Shown here: one piece after another, positions 29,511 to 39,014 of the stretch
How the letters are laid out: the number at the start of each line of letters is the position of its first letter
How positions within the stretch are numbered: the stretch's first letter is position 1
Sequence record: SRR20825010_784
Reading direction: 5' to 3' (one strand)
DNA length: 45,084 nt
Position numbers and translations under genes: made by a program
The notes under the pieces: model-generated
The model's input: the letters and a program-made list of their open reading frames with translations, nothing else
What the model was told of the DNA's origin: nothing
Databases searched by the model: none

Positions 29511-29604
29511 GGCACTCGCACGGCACCCAATCTACCGTGAGATTCATCAAATTGGCCAATTCGAGCACCGATACGTTCGGCTCATCGCTCCTTGGAGATG
29601 TCTC

Positions 29605-29700
29605 ATGACCCATGAAAACACCCTCTTTCTCGCCATGACTGTCTGCGTCTTCGTCAGCTTCGCTATCACGCTGGCTTATGTCTCGTTAGTTGCAAAATAG
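29605..29700 (+). CDS. 31-aa single-pass membrane microprotein (MTHENTLFLAMTVCVFVSFAITLAYVSLVAK)
   Basis: GGAG SD at 29594-29597, ATG at 29605, one hydrophobic helix, downstream of a perfect FixK box. Confidence 0.6.
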   Translation: MTHENTLFLAMTVCVFVSFAITLAYVSLVAK

Positions 29701-30289
29701 TGTGACGCACGGAAAATTTATACAAAGCTGAACCATGGCAACCACAGGAGCATCTAGCGATATGGCCGAGAAGCAAGGTCCAACATCCCCTTCTCTTTGT
29801 GCACTAAAGATCACAAATCGCTCCTTTGGCAGACAAGTTCTCGATTATATCACGCGCGAGCTGGTGGCTTCAGAGACGCAAGCCGTCCCGCTCGGATATG
29901 AAATTGCTCCGCTATGTCCATGGGCAGATCGAGGATAGTCTTCGATCCCAACGCGATGGACTAATCGGCAAAATCCTACGCGCAGTAAAAAACATCGACG
30001 ATCTGGCTCGGCGGTACTTCCAATGCAGAAGGCATAGCTTTTCAGCGACCCGGGCAAGCCTATGCATAAAAAGGATCGGGTTGGCAGCTTTGAGCATCTA
30101 CCAACCCACCTGCACGGCACTTGATTCTCGCTAACGGAGAATCCAGTCGATGCGGACCAATTGAAATTTGAATTTTGGCTCAATCTCCAGTCTGACTGTA
30201 TAAATACCGGGGCACACGAATCTATAGTGATGTCAGGCGGTTCAACTAAATGCGCGAACCGAGAAAAGCAGCGAACCGGAGGATGCGAG

Positions 30290-30769
30290 ATGAGCAAAGC
30301 CGAATACGTGGTAGCTTGGAAGACGGAAGACCCGAAGATTATTGCCGATGCGATAGCCGTCTGGAACAGCACCGCAAGCCTCCCCTCCGACGTCAGTCCG
30401 GAGGACCGAGCAAAGGAACTTTGTGCACTTGCCTATGTTGACGGCGAGGTGGCAGGCATCTCCACAATTTTGATCCGGCCTTATGCGCCTCTGGGAAACC
30501 GGCGCTTTGGTTTCTTGCGCGTTTTCACACTGCCACGCTTTGAACAGCAATCCATCGCCATTGGGCTAGCCATCACCTGCCGAGATGCACTCCGACAGTG
30601 GTCAATCGATAATCCCGACGAGAAGCTTTACGGCATGGCGGCAATCTATCAATCAGACAAACTCGGGCACTATCCGATTGGCGAGTCCGGCCTCACATTG
30701 ATCGGATACGGTCCCAACAAAGAACAGATTCGGGTCGTCTGGTTCAACCACCTGCATCTGAAAGCCTGA
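30290..30769 (+). CDS. Hypothetical protein, GNAT-like fold
   Basis: GGAGG SD at 30278-30282, ATG at 30290, 159 aa; LAYVDGEVAGIS..FLRVFTLPRFEQQSIAIGL resembles a degenerate GNAT motif A. Confidence 0.7.
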   Translation: MSKAEYVVAWKTEDPKIIADAIAVWNSTASLPSDVSPEDRAKELCALAYVDGEVAGISTILIRPYAPLGNRRFGFLRVFTLPRFEQQSIAIGLAITCRDALRQWSIDNPDEKLYGMAAIYQSDKLGHYPIGESGLTLIGYGPNKEQIRVVWFNHLHLKA

Positions 30770-30910
30770 GATGTTCAGGCCTTTTAGTCAGTCGAGCATC
30801 TGACCCTATAAAACCCTAACGCGCCAAGTACATCTGGCGGCAACCATTTGGGACGCACTTGGAGCAGATCCAGATCGTGTCTCTATGTAGTTCAATTATA
30901 TCCGCAAACA

Positions 30911-30943
30911 AAAATGGCGCCCCGAAGGGCGCCATTTCTTTTT
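30911..30943. terminator. Bidirectional rho-independent terminator
   Basis: AAATGGCGCCC-CGAA-GGGCGCCATTT with A/T tracts on both sides, between the convergent GNAT-like and autotransporter genes. Confidence 0.85.
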
Positions 30944-30955
30944 ACAGGATCACTC

Positions 30956-33900
30956 TTAGAAGGCGACGCGAACTGCGGCACCCAAAGTGTGTTCTTTGTA
31001 GTCGCTCTGGTATTCACCGTCATAGGTGACACGCACGCTCACGCCATTCGTACCTTCGAATGTAAGACCAGCGCCCAGACCAAAGCTCAGATCATCCCGT
31101 GGTGTCTGGCTGGTCGAGAATGCACCGCCACCCACAACGCTACCTGTGATCGTGCCATCAGGATCAGCAAGCTCGTTAATCAACTTCACACCGAATTCGG
31201 GGATCAGCTTGGAGCCACCATCCAGCTCAGCAACGTAGCGAGCATTCACACCGAGCGTACCGCGGAGTGACTCAACATCACGACCGGCAACGGAGATCGG
31301 AAGAGGTCCGGTTTCCGTGTAGCTATCGATCTGCAGAAGGTTATAGCGCAGTCCAACATTCGGGGTGAACTCCCATGCACCCGAGTTGAAGATCTTGCCG
31401 ACCTCACCACGGAGCACGAACTGGTCACCGTCGTAGCTGGCAACATTGACCCCACCAATCGAGCGGCGCGAGCTGTCGAACTCATTTATGCTGTAACCAA
31501 CCGAACCATTCACGTACCAGGAAGCCGGCCGATAGCTCAAATAAGCAACCGCACCATTTCCTGTTACATCCAGGCTCGAGTTCGGAGCCGTGCCGTTCTC
31601 GTCAACCGTGGAGCTTGTGTAGAAGTAGGACAGGCCGAGGCGCAAGTTTGGCGCAATCTCACCATCCACACCAATCGTTCCACCCCAGCTATCCGCATCA
31701 AACCCGTTGATTCCGGACGGTGTGTACTCGGCCTTGCTGCCACCGAAGCGGCCCCAAATGGCCCACTTGCCTTCACCACCGAGCAACTGCTCGCCCGCTG
31801 CCATGCCGGTCTTGCTTCCTTCAGCAATGGTGAAACCACCACCACTGAGGCGATCCATGATCATGTCGAAGACAATGTCTGTGGACGAGAAGACAGCGCC
31901 ACCGGAACCTTCAGATTCTTCAGGCATTGTATCCTTCAGAACCTGCAGCAAGGCAGCACGCTGTTCTTCTGGCGTACCGAACTGGTTCAGATACTGCACC
32001 AGCGGATTGCTGATTGGCTGTGTCCGGATGTATTCATCCAACGCATTGGCGATCCGGTCCAGATTGAGAGAGCCGTTGGAATTAACGGAAGTGTCGATTG
32101 CGGTCTCGTCTGTCTCAAGACGCAGGAACAATTCGTCAGCCGATCCGCTAGTGACGACAGCACCGTTCATGACCTTCGAGAAATTGAACAGGATCGAATT
32201 ATCGACCACCGCCGCGCCTTCATCTGACACACCGTTTTCAGTGGAAGCACTGGCAATAAGCACGTCGTCGCCTACCACAATATCCTGATTGACCGTCAGA
32301 TCGGCATAGATTGTCGATTCCGAGCTAAAGGAAATTGTATCGCCATTCACCACACCACCAACACCGCTGGTTACACCCGTGTGGAAGGTACTGCCACTAT
32401 TGAAGGACACATCACCGCTGAATGTTGCTTCAGCGCCGGATGCAACCTGCAACGTACCGAAAATTTCGGTTTCGTCAGCACCGCTTGCGTAGAAGCCCGT
32501 GCCTGTCGCAACAACTGTCGCATCCTCTCCGATTACGATAGAGCCTTCTTCCATATCGATATCAAGACTGTCGAAAACAGTGGTTCCAGACTCAAAGTCA
32601 ATCGAACTAGCACCGCTAATCGCATACCCTTCATTACCGACATCGAATGTGACCGTATCATCCTGAGCAAAGGTGATGCTGGAGTTCCCCTCGAATGAGT
32701 GGATACCATTTGTAATCGAAACACCCGCTCCCGAGATGGTGACCGTATCTTCGCCATAGCCAGTATAGAGGCCACCGCCAATGGTGCCGCCATCAATGAC
32801 GATCGTATCGTCGCTATTACCTCCGGACGTGCTCAGATTACCTGTGATAGAGCCGGTATTAAGAGCATAGATCGTGCTGCTGCCTTCATCATCGTCTGCA
32901 CTGAGTGCAACATCTCCAGTTACGGTACCGCTATTCTGGAAGTAGACATACGCACTATTCAATTCGCTATAGGCCCGGGCAAGGACGTCACCCGTGATCG
33001 TTCCATCATTCTGAATGGAAACCGAAGCTGAATATTCGTCGAAGGCAAAAGCATCAGCCACGACCGCATCGCCATATTTAGTTGCCTCGATCAGAGCACC
33101 TTCGGCGTTTGTCAGCGAAATCGTCCGGCCGTCGAGCGATACAGCATCCGAATAATAGCCGGTAGCCGAGATCGTGCCGTAATTGTTCACGACACTGCTG
33201 AAAATAGCCTGCGAGGACACAATCACCGTTGTCGAGTTGTCACCGCTTGTGCTGATCGAACCGAAGTTGTCGAGCTGCGCATGGTCGCCAGACCTCAGAC
33301 GGACAGCAAAGCCTTCGTCTGCTGACGAGGAAATGACGCCATCTTCACCATTGGTTGCATAAATGTCCTCATTCGCGAACACATTCAACGCACCAAACAT
33401 ACCACCGCTTGCAATGATCGAACCGGTGTTGTCGACATCGGCGTTATCAGCATCGATATCCACGACGAACCCGTCGCCATAATACGCGTAGTTATTGGAT
33501 GAGATTGTGCCGTTATTCGTGAACTCGGCATTGTAAGCGGCGTCGATCCGAATTGTCGCCGTGCTGTTGATGGCGGTGCTGCCACCCGTCTGCGTGATCG
33601 AGCCGGCATTCAGGAAGTCAATATTGCCTTCGTCGGAGTCGAGATTGATAAGGATACCATCCTGAGTGGACGTGATCGTCCCGGCATATTTGTTCTCGAA
33701 AGCGATGTCAAAGTCGACATCAACATCGGAGTTACCTGTGATCGAACCCGCGTTCACTATTTCGGCATTATCGGATTCAAAAACGTGGATGGCCAAACCG
33801 TTAGTTGAGCTGATCGAGGCATCATACTTATTACGGATCTCGACATCATAACCGCTGGCAATAATCCCATCCGCCCCTGAGCCGGTGACAGTGATGCTGC

Positions 33901-36900
33901 CGTAGTTGCCTATATCGATGTTATCAAATTCCGAACCGCCGCCATACGCGACGATACCGTCTGAATCGGCACCCGAGGTTGTAATAGTACCTTCATTGTA
34001 AATGAAGATGCTCTCACTGGCGGAAACATAAATACCATCGGCATTTGCACCGGATGTGATGATCGTACCGATCACACTATCTTCACCCGGCCCACGCGCA
34101 TCTGCGTTGCGAACCCTGGCGTCCCCTACTGAGTAGACGTAGATACCGGCTGAATTGTCGCCATGTGTCGTAATAGACGAGCCAACGTTATAAGCAGTCG
34201 CTCCTTCCTCTACACTTGAACCAATAGTCTGGACAAAAATGCCGTCGGAATTGTCACCAAAGGTTTCGATGGTGGAGTTGTACTTATTGGAAGCAGTGGC
34301 ATCGCCGTAAAGAGCAATAGCTTTAAGGCCAGCAGCCTCGTCGCCATAGGTGGTCACGGCACTAACATACTTGTTCGACACCCAAGCATCGCCATAATTG
34401 GCGTAAGCAAAGACACCAACAGAGCCAACACCGTCTTCACCTTCGGCATCGCCGGTAACAATCGTGCCATAGAAGTTAATGGCTGACGCATCGACAGAAT
34501 ATTCGTCATCGCCGTTGGCAAGAGCGGCAACACCATGGGCGTAATCGCCCGATGTTGTCACATAAGACCGCAACCCGGTGAAATCAATATCTTCACCGGA
34601 GAAGTCCTCAAAGTCCTCACCCATAAAGTCGGTGATCAGAACACGGGGAGTGTCTTCACCAGCTTCGTCAAAGCCGTAGAAGCTGAATGCACCATTGACT
34701 GCATATGCGTTCTCACCGACGTAGGACGATTCCGTCACATCACCAAAATCGTCACGACCAGCGCCAGTCACGGCCAGCACACCGATTGCACCGTCACCAC
34801 GCGTGGTCACCGTGCCGCCAAGAACGTTATAGGCTGTGGCTGTATCTTCGAGAGAGTAAGCAACAACACCATGCGAACCCTCGCCATAGGTGTTGATGTC
34901 GCCGGCATTACCCGCGCTCAAGCCAATGTTGCTATCTTCGCCTTCATTATCCTCGCCACCGGCAACGATACCGAATGAGTCATCGCCATAGGTCGTGACT
35001 GCGCCGACATTGACGACCTGCGACACGCCATACTCGGAATAGACCGAGATACCGTCAGAACCATCTTCATTTGTGACGACCACGCCGGTCAGCGCGTTCA
35101 CGGCCACAGCGGAATATTCGCCATAGACGTAAATTGCTGTGGCATCTTCACCCGAAGTGGTCACGGTGCCCACATTAAGTGCGTAAGCATTACCTTCTGC
35201 GGAGATCACATTAGCCGCAGAAGCTCCATCATCCGTAGCAGTCACACTGCCATAATTGACGAATGTCGCCCGCTCATCACCATTCAGATCAACAGCATCA
35301 TTCTGGCCGGCATTATAAACCACCCCGTCTTCGTGGTTTACGAAGAGGGCATAGTTGTCCACATCGACAAATGTACGGCCCGTAATATTGCCATGGTTGT
35401 AGATAGAAGCGTCTTCACCGTTGACCGCGCTGATCGCGAACACATTCTCATCGAAAACGTCGGCAACCGAGATATCACCCGAGTTGTTCAGCGTAAACGA
35501 GCCGAAGTTTTGGGCAACAATACCGCTGCCATATTCATTTGATGCCGCAATTACACCGTCTTCGCCGTTTGTAATATCAACGATCGTGGTGTCACCGAGG
35601 TCCTCACCACCAACGATCAGCGCATCGCCGTCATATCCATTGGAATAAATCCGGCCGGTATTGTTGACTGTGATGGTCTGCTCACCCACCAAAACCACGG
35701 CGTCCGCATCCTCGGAGTTTTCTCCCGTTTGGACCAGACCGTAGTTGTTGAAAGTGACCTCATCGCCAAAGGCATAGACAGCAGCAATCCGGCTAGCGTC
35801 ATAAGCATAGCTGTCCAGGTTCACACTACCCGAGGCCGTATTGGTGATTGTGACCGTGTCCCGGCCAAAAGCGCGAATACCAAAACTGTCTTCGCCTTCT
35901 TCACTGCCAACATTGATGCTGCCAGAGTTGTAAACGGTCGTGTATTTACCGTCGGCGCCAATGCCCAGAGAATCATCGCCAGTGACGGTGATCGTGCCGG
36001 TATTTGTGGCATAGGCATATTTGCCTTCAACCGACGCACCAACGCTGTCCGCGCCAGAGATATCGATCTCACCTGCGTTCTGAACGGTTGCTGACCAAAA
36101 ACCATCAGCGGAAAGACCAACACCTTCAGAGCCTGTAACTTCAATCGTGCCAGACAGCGTATTTGTGGCTGTCGCATATTTGCCCTGAGCAACCGCGCCG
36201 GCCGATTCCGTGCCGGACACCTGAATATCACCGAAGTTTGTGGCCGTCGCCGTGCCATCATCTTCACCAGCGACAGAGAACATGCCGTAGCCGCCGCTAC
36301 CTGTCGTTTCGATCGAACCACTATTTTCGACACGCGCAGAAGCTTCGCCGATGGCAACCGTTGCCTTCGATCCGTCACCTTCTGTAACAACCGTGCCGGC
36401 ATTTATAACGACGGCACTGCCATTATCACCTTCGGAACCACCACCAAACGCAAACAGGCCGTAGGAACTATCATTGACTGTGCCGACAAACGCACCAGCT
36501 TTGTTGCGGATAACCGCTTCAGCATAACCCGAATAAACCGCAATGCCGTGATGACCTGTATAGGTGCTTTCAACATCCGCGTCCGAGGTCAGGATCGTGC
36601 CGTAGTTGTTGACCGTCTGATCGAAATCATCGGTCATCAAAACGCCAATATTATCGCCATTGGCTTCCGATGTGTTTCCCGACGTATCTATTGTCGCAGC
36701 GTCATCCACAACAATCGTCAGATCTTCCACGTCGATGATATCAATCGTTTCAGAAAACGTACCCAGACAATAAACAACACCACCAGGCGTCGCTGCTGGC
36801 AGACATGTGCCCGCCTGTGCACCTGACGTGGAAAGCGATCCGACCGCAAGCATCGAAACACCCGACAGAAGTGCTGCGGCGAACACTCGCCGGATACCGC

Positions 36901-37021
36901 GCACATCCTTTCGGCTATCTCCATCCTCCTGCATGACCCCGCTGTAATAGCTATAAGCCGAACGTGTCGCCACATCAGTGACACGGGAAAGGCCGGAGTT
37001 TTTGCGATCAGTGGTCTTCAT
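30956..37021 (-). CDS. Large type Va autotransporter with acidic beta-helical passenger (adhesin/surface protein)
   Basis: Long signal peptide ending AQA, N-terminal Cys pair, many N-x-G-x-I-x-T-x-G-D-x-S-x-G-I repeats, C-terminal beta-barrel (WAIWGRFGG...YDGEY...GAAVRVAF ending in Phe); start likely ATG 37021 (track 37120). Confidence 0.93.
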   Translation of the reverse strand: MKTTDRKNSGLSRVTDVATRSAYSYYSGVMQEDGDSRKDVRGIRRVFAAALLSGVSMLAVGSLSTSGAQAGTCLPAATPGGVVYCLGTFSETIDIIDVEDLTIVVDDAATIDTSGNTSEANGDNIGVLMTDDFDQTVNNYGTILTSDADVESTYTGHHGIAVYSGYAEAVIRNKAGAFVGTVNDSSYGLFAFGGGSEGDNGSAVVINAGTVVTEGDGSKATVAIGEASARVENSGSIETTGSGGYGMFSVAGEDDGTATATNFGDIQVSGTESAGAVAQGKYATATNTLSGTIEVTGSEGVGLSADGFWSATVQNAGEIDISGADSVGASVEGKYAYATNTGTITVTGDDSLGIGADGKYTTVYNSGSINVGSEEGEDSFGIRAFGRDTVTITNTASGSVNLDSYAYDASRIAAVYAFGDEVTFNNYGLVQTGENSEDADAVVLVGEQTITVNNTGRIYSNGYDGDALIVGGEDLGDTTIVDITNGEDGVIAASNEYGSGIVAQNFGSFTLNNSGDISVADVFDENVFAISAVNGEDASIYNHGNITGRTFVDVDNYALFVNHEDGVVYNAGQNDAVDLNGDERATFVNYGSVTATDDGASAANVISAEGNAYALNVGTVTTSGEDATAIYVYGEYSAVAVNALTGVVVTNEDGSDGISVYSEYGVSQVVNVGAVTTYGDDSFGIVAGGEDNEGEDSNIGLSAGNAGDINTYGEGSHGVVAYSLEDTATAYNVLGGTVTTRGDGAIGVLAVTGAGRDDFGDVTESSYVGENAYAVNGAFSFYGFDEAGEDTPRVLITDFMGEDFEDFSGEDIDFTGLRSYVTTSGDYAHGVAALANGDDEYSVDASAINFYGTIVTGDAEGEDGVGSVGVFAYANYGDAWVSNKYVSAVTTYGDEAAGLKAIALYGDATASNKYNSTIETFGDNSDGIFVQTIGSSVEEGATAYNVGSSITTHGDNSAGIYVYSVGDARVRNADARGPGEDSVIGTIITSGANADGIYVSASESIFIYNEGTITTSGADSDGIVAYGGGSEFDNIDIGNYGSITVTGSGADGIIASGYDVEIRNKYDASISSTNGLAIHVFESDNAEIVNAGSITGNSDVDVDFDIAFENKYAGTITSTQDGILINLDSDEGNIDFLNAGSITQTGGSTAINSTATIRIDAAYNAEFTNNGTISSNNYAYYGDGFVVDIDADNADVDNTGSIIASGGMFGALNVFANEDIYATNGEDGVISSSADEGFAVRLRSGDHAQLDNFGSISTSGDNSTTVIVSSQAIFSSVVNNYGTISATGYYSDAVSLDGRTISLTNAEGALIEATKYGDAVVADAFAFDEYSASVSIQNDGTITGDVLARAYSELNSAYVYFQNSGTVTGDVALSADDDEGSSTIYALNTGSITGNLSTSGGNSDDTIVIDGGTIGGGLYTGYGEDTVTISGAGVSITNGIHSFEGNSSITFAQDDTVTFDVGNEGYAISGASSIDFESGTTVFDSLDIDMEEGSIVIGEDATVVATGTGFYASGADETEIFGTLQVASGAEATFSGDVSFNSGSTFHTGVTSGVGGVVNGDTISFSSESTIYADLTVNQDIVVGDDVLIASASTENGVSDEGAAVVDNSILFNFSKVMNGAVVTSGSADELFLRLETDETAIDTSVNSNGSLNLDRIANALDEYIRTQPISNPLVQYLNQFGTPEEQRAALLQVLKDTMPEESEGSGGAVFSSTDIVFDMIMDRLSGGGFTIAEGSKTGMAAGEQLLGGEGKWAIWGRFGGSKAEYTPSGINGFDADSWGGTIGVDGEIAPNLRLGLSYFYTSSTVDENGTAPNSSLDVTGNGAVAYLSYRPASWYVNGSVGYSINEFDSSRRSIGGVNVASYDGDQFVLRGEVGKIFNSGAWEFTPNVGLRYNLLQIDSYTETGPLPISVAGRDVESLRGTLGVNARYVAELDGGSKLIPEFGVKLINELADPDGTITGSVVGGGAFSTSQTPRDDLSFGLGAGLTFEGTNGVSVRVTYDGEYQSDYKEHTLGAAVRVAF

Positions 37022-37383
37022 AGGGAACCCCCCAAGGTTCAAAATTTCTTTATGCCGCTTCACATATCCATCTTCATCAGACGGCGGTGGCAAAATGCGA
37101 CAACGGTTAAGGGCAGGCATAAACCTTCCCCAGCTTGCTCAGAAAACACTGAACGTACCTAATCCGCAATCATCAAAAATGACTAGTGGAGGAAGGCACT
37201 AGATATGTCCGAAACGGAGCATTACGGTATTCGTCCCGATACCGACAATTTGTCATCCGATAGAGACATTGAAACGTCCGTTCAAATTGGTCCGCTTCTA
37301 TTCACTTAGAACACGACCAAAATGCCGTTAACCATATGAAATACATATAAAATTTCAGGCATTCAACGAAATGCGTTTTCTCA

Positions 37384-37423
37384 ACAAAACAAGGCGCTCG
37401 GGCATTCAGCCACGAGCGCCTTG
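37384..37423 (-). terminator. Rho-independent terminator after the TIGR03032 gene
   Basis: CAAGGCGCTCG...CGAGCGCCTTG 11-bp stem followed by TTTTGT on the minus strand. Confidence 0.7.
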
Positions 37424-37487
37424 CCGCGCATTACGTTTAAAACCTGTGGATAACTATATAGATCGGGACAAAAATACCCGGTTGCAG

Positions 37488-38696
37488 TTATGCAACAACC
37501 TCCGATTTTCGCTCAGACGCTGGTTTTGACTTGGCATCGGTGCTCCAATCCTCGATCGAAATCTGGTTCTGAATTGTCGAATCAATCAAACCGACGGCCT
37601 GGGGGCAACGCACACCGGGTAACGCAAAGACATCAAACAACTCACGGACCTCACCTGTCAGCCGAATCCATTCGACAACATCGCCATTCCGGGTATCGAT
37701 GATCTGGACACCGCACCAGGCCTCGGCATCCCGCTTCGCCAGCTCTCCGTCCAGTTCCAGCCCCGAAAAGCTCCCATCACGTGGAAGGGACAAACCCACA
37801 AGCGCGTAATGACCGTGAAAAGCCAGACCACGCGCAAATCCGGGCAAGAACGTCACTGTCTCCGTTTCGCCTGTTGTCTCATTCACACGGCATAGACGAC
37901 CGCGTCCAGAATCCAACACCCAAAGCTTGCCATTATGAATACGCGGCGAATGCGGCATTGAAAGCTTGTCAGTGACAACACGGTCATCACGAACATCCAT
38001 GATCAGGCCGCCTTCTGCCCGACGATCCCGCCAACCCGTCACCACATCGCTGCGGCACACAGCCGTCACATAGCGCGCCTCGCCGTCCGCCATGGCCAAA
38101 CCGTTCAAATGGCAACGGTCCTCCGGCGCTAGACGCGAAATGAAAGGGGGCTTCCAGATCGGTTTGAAACTATGTGTCAGGCTGAAAGTTGCCAGACAGG
38201 AGAATTTCGTGTTGATGAAAATCACACGACCGTTTTTCTCGACGCCCAGCTCATGCACATCAAGATCGCCTGTCGTCTGCGCGTTCCGCGGCACATAGGT
38301 CCGGTCAAAACCGTCCATAGTCTGGTTTGCAGGCAGTACGTTTTCCAACCGCCATACCTGAAAATGATTGGCGAGATAGAGACGCTGCGGGGTGGCCGCC
38401 ACCCCCATAGCGCGCACAAATTGACGCTCGTGAAAGCTCACCCGACCTTTGGGCAGTCGTCCGACCATATAAAGTCGACCACTCTGATACGAGGTAAAAC
38501 CAAAACTGACATTATTCCGCTCCATCCAGCCGGCTAGGCCGCGTGAGCAGGCAATCTGTGTTGTCGGCTTTTTGGCCGCTGGTGCTGCTGGCTTTGCCGC
38601 ACCGGCCTTTGAACTACCGACTTTCGCAGTGGCGGTCTTGCCGGCACCTGCCTTTGCAGTCACCTTGGTTTGCGGTTTATCCTGTTTCTCAGTCAC
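37488..38696 (-). CDS. TIGR03032 family protein (DUF4915), function unknown
   Basis: FTSYQSGRL, TGDLDVHE, NTKFSCLAT, SFKPIWKPPFISRLAPEDRCHLNGLA, MPHSPR, PGFARGL; GTG start with GAGGGG SD. Confidence 0.9.
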   Translation of the reverse strand: MTEKQDKPQTKVTAKAGAGKTATAKVGSSKAGAAKPAAPAAKKPTTQIACSRGLAGWMERNNVSFGFTSYQSGRLYMVGRLPKGRVSFHERQFVRAMGVAATPQRLYLANHFQVWRLENVLPANQTMDGFDRTYVPRNAQTTGDLDVHELGVEKNGRVIFINTKFSCLATFSLTHSFKPIWKPPFISRLAPEDRCHLNGLAMADGEARYVTAVCRSDVVTGWRDRRAEGGLIMDVRDDRVVTDKLSMPHSPRIHNGKLWVLDSGRGRLCRVNETTGETETVTFLPGFARGLAFHGHYALVGLSLPRDGSFSGLELDGELAKRDAEAWCGVQIIDTRNGDVVEWIRLTGEVRELFDVFALPGVRCPQAVGLIDSTIQNQISIEDWSTDAKSKPASERKSEVVA

Positions 38697-39014
38697 ATCC
38701 AGCCCCTCGTATTATGTGCCTATCCAACTAGCATCCGGCGCGCTCTTGGGAAAGTCCACAACTTGCAATCAGGAGCAGGAACAACCAAAACGAACACAAT
38801 CTCGATTCGTCCATTTGGTATCCCTACCGTCAGCCCGATAACCAAAAGCACCCGCTCATCAAAAAGGGTGAGCACAAAAGATAATATGTGCCCAAGATTC
38901 CATTTTATTTTGGCCACCCCTTCTTCTAATCAGAAACTCGCGTCATCATGACATCGGATATCGCGCAAACCTGTCGCCGAATACCTGATCCGCTCTATTC
39001 CGAAAGCATTCTTC

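Noticed and set aside
29735-30134. Overlapping short ORFs 29735-29938 and 29826-30134 as genes or a frameshifted pseudogene
   Set aside because: No recognisable motifs; cannot be supported without a homology search
1650-36402. Many long antisense/overlapping ORFs in the track (e.g. 1650-2435, 6351-7223, 16195-16887, 25026-25667, 35821-36402)
   Set aside because: Shadow frames of well-supported genes in moderately GC-rich DNA, with no protein motifs
37328-37335. TTAACCAT CtrA-like half site upstream of the autotransporter
   Set aside because: No full TTAA-N7-TTAA site; too short to call in an AT-rich spacer
37445-37453. Perfect DnaA box (TGTGGATAA)
   Set aside because: Single copy, no cluster or origin-associated genes; could be chance
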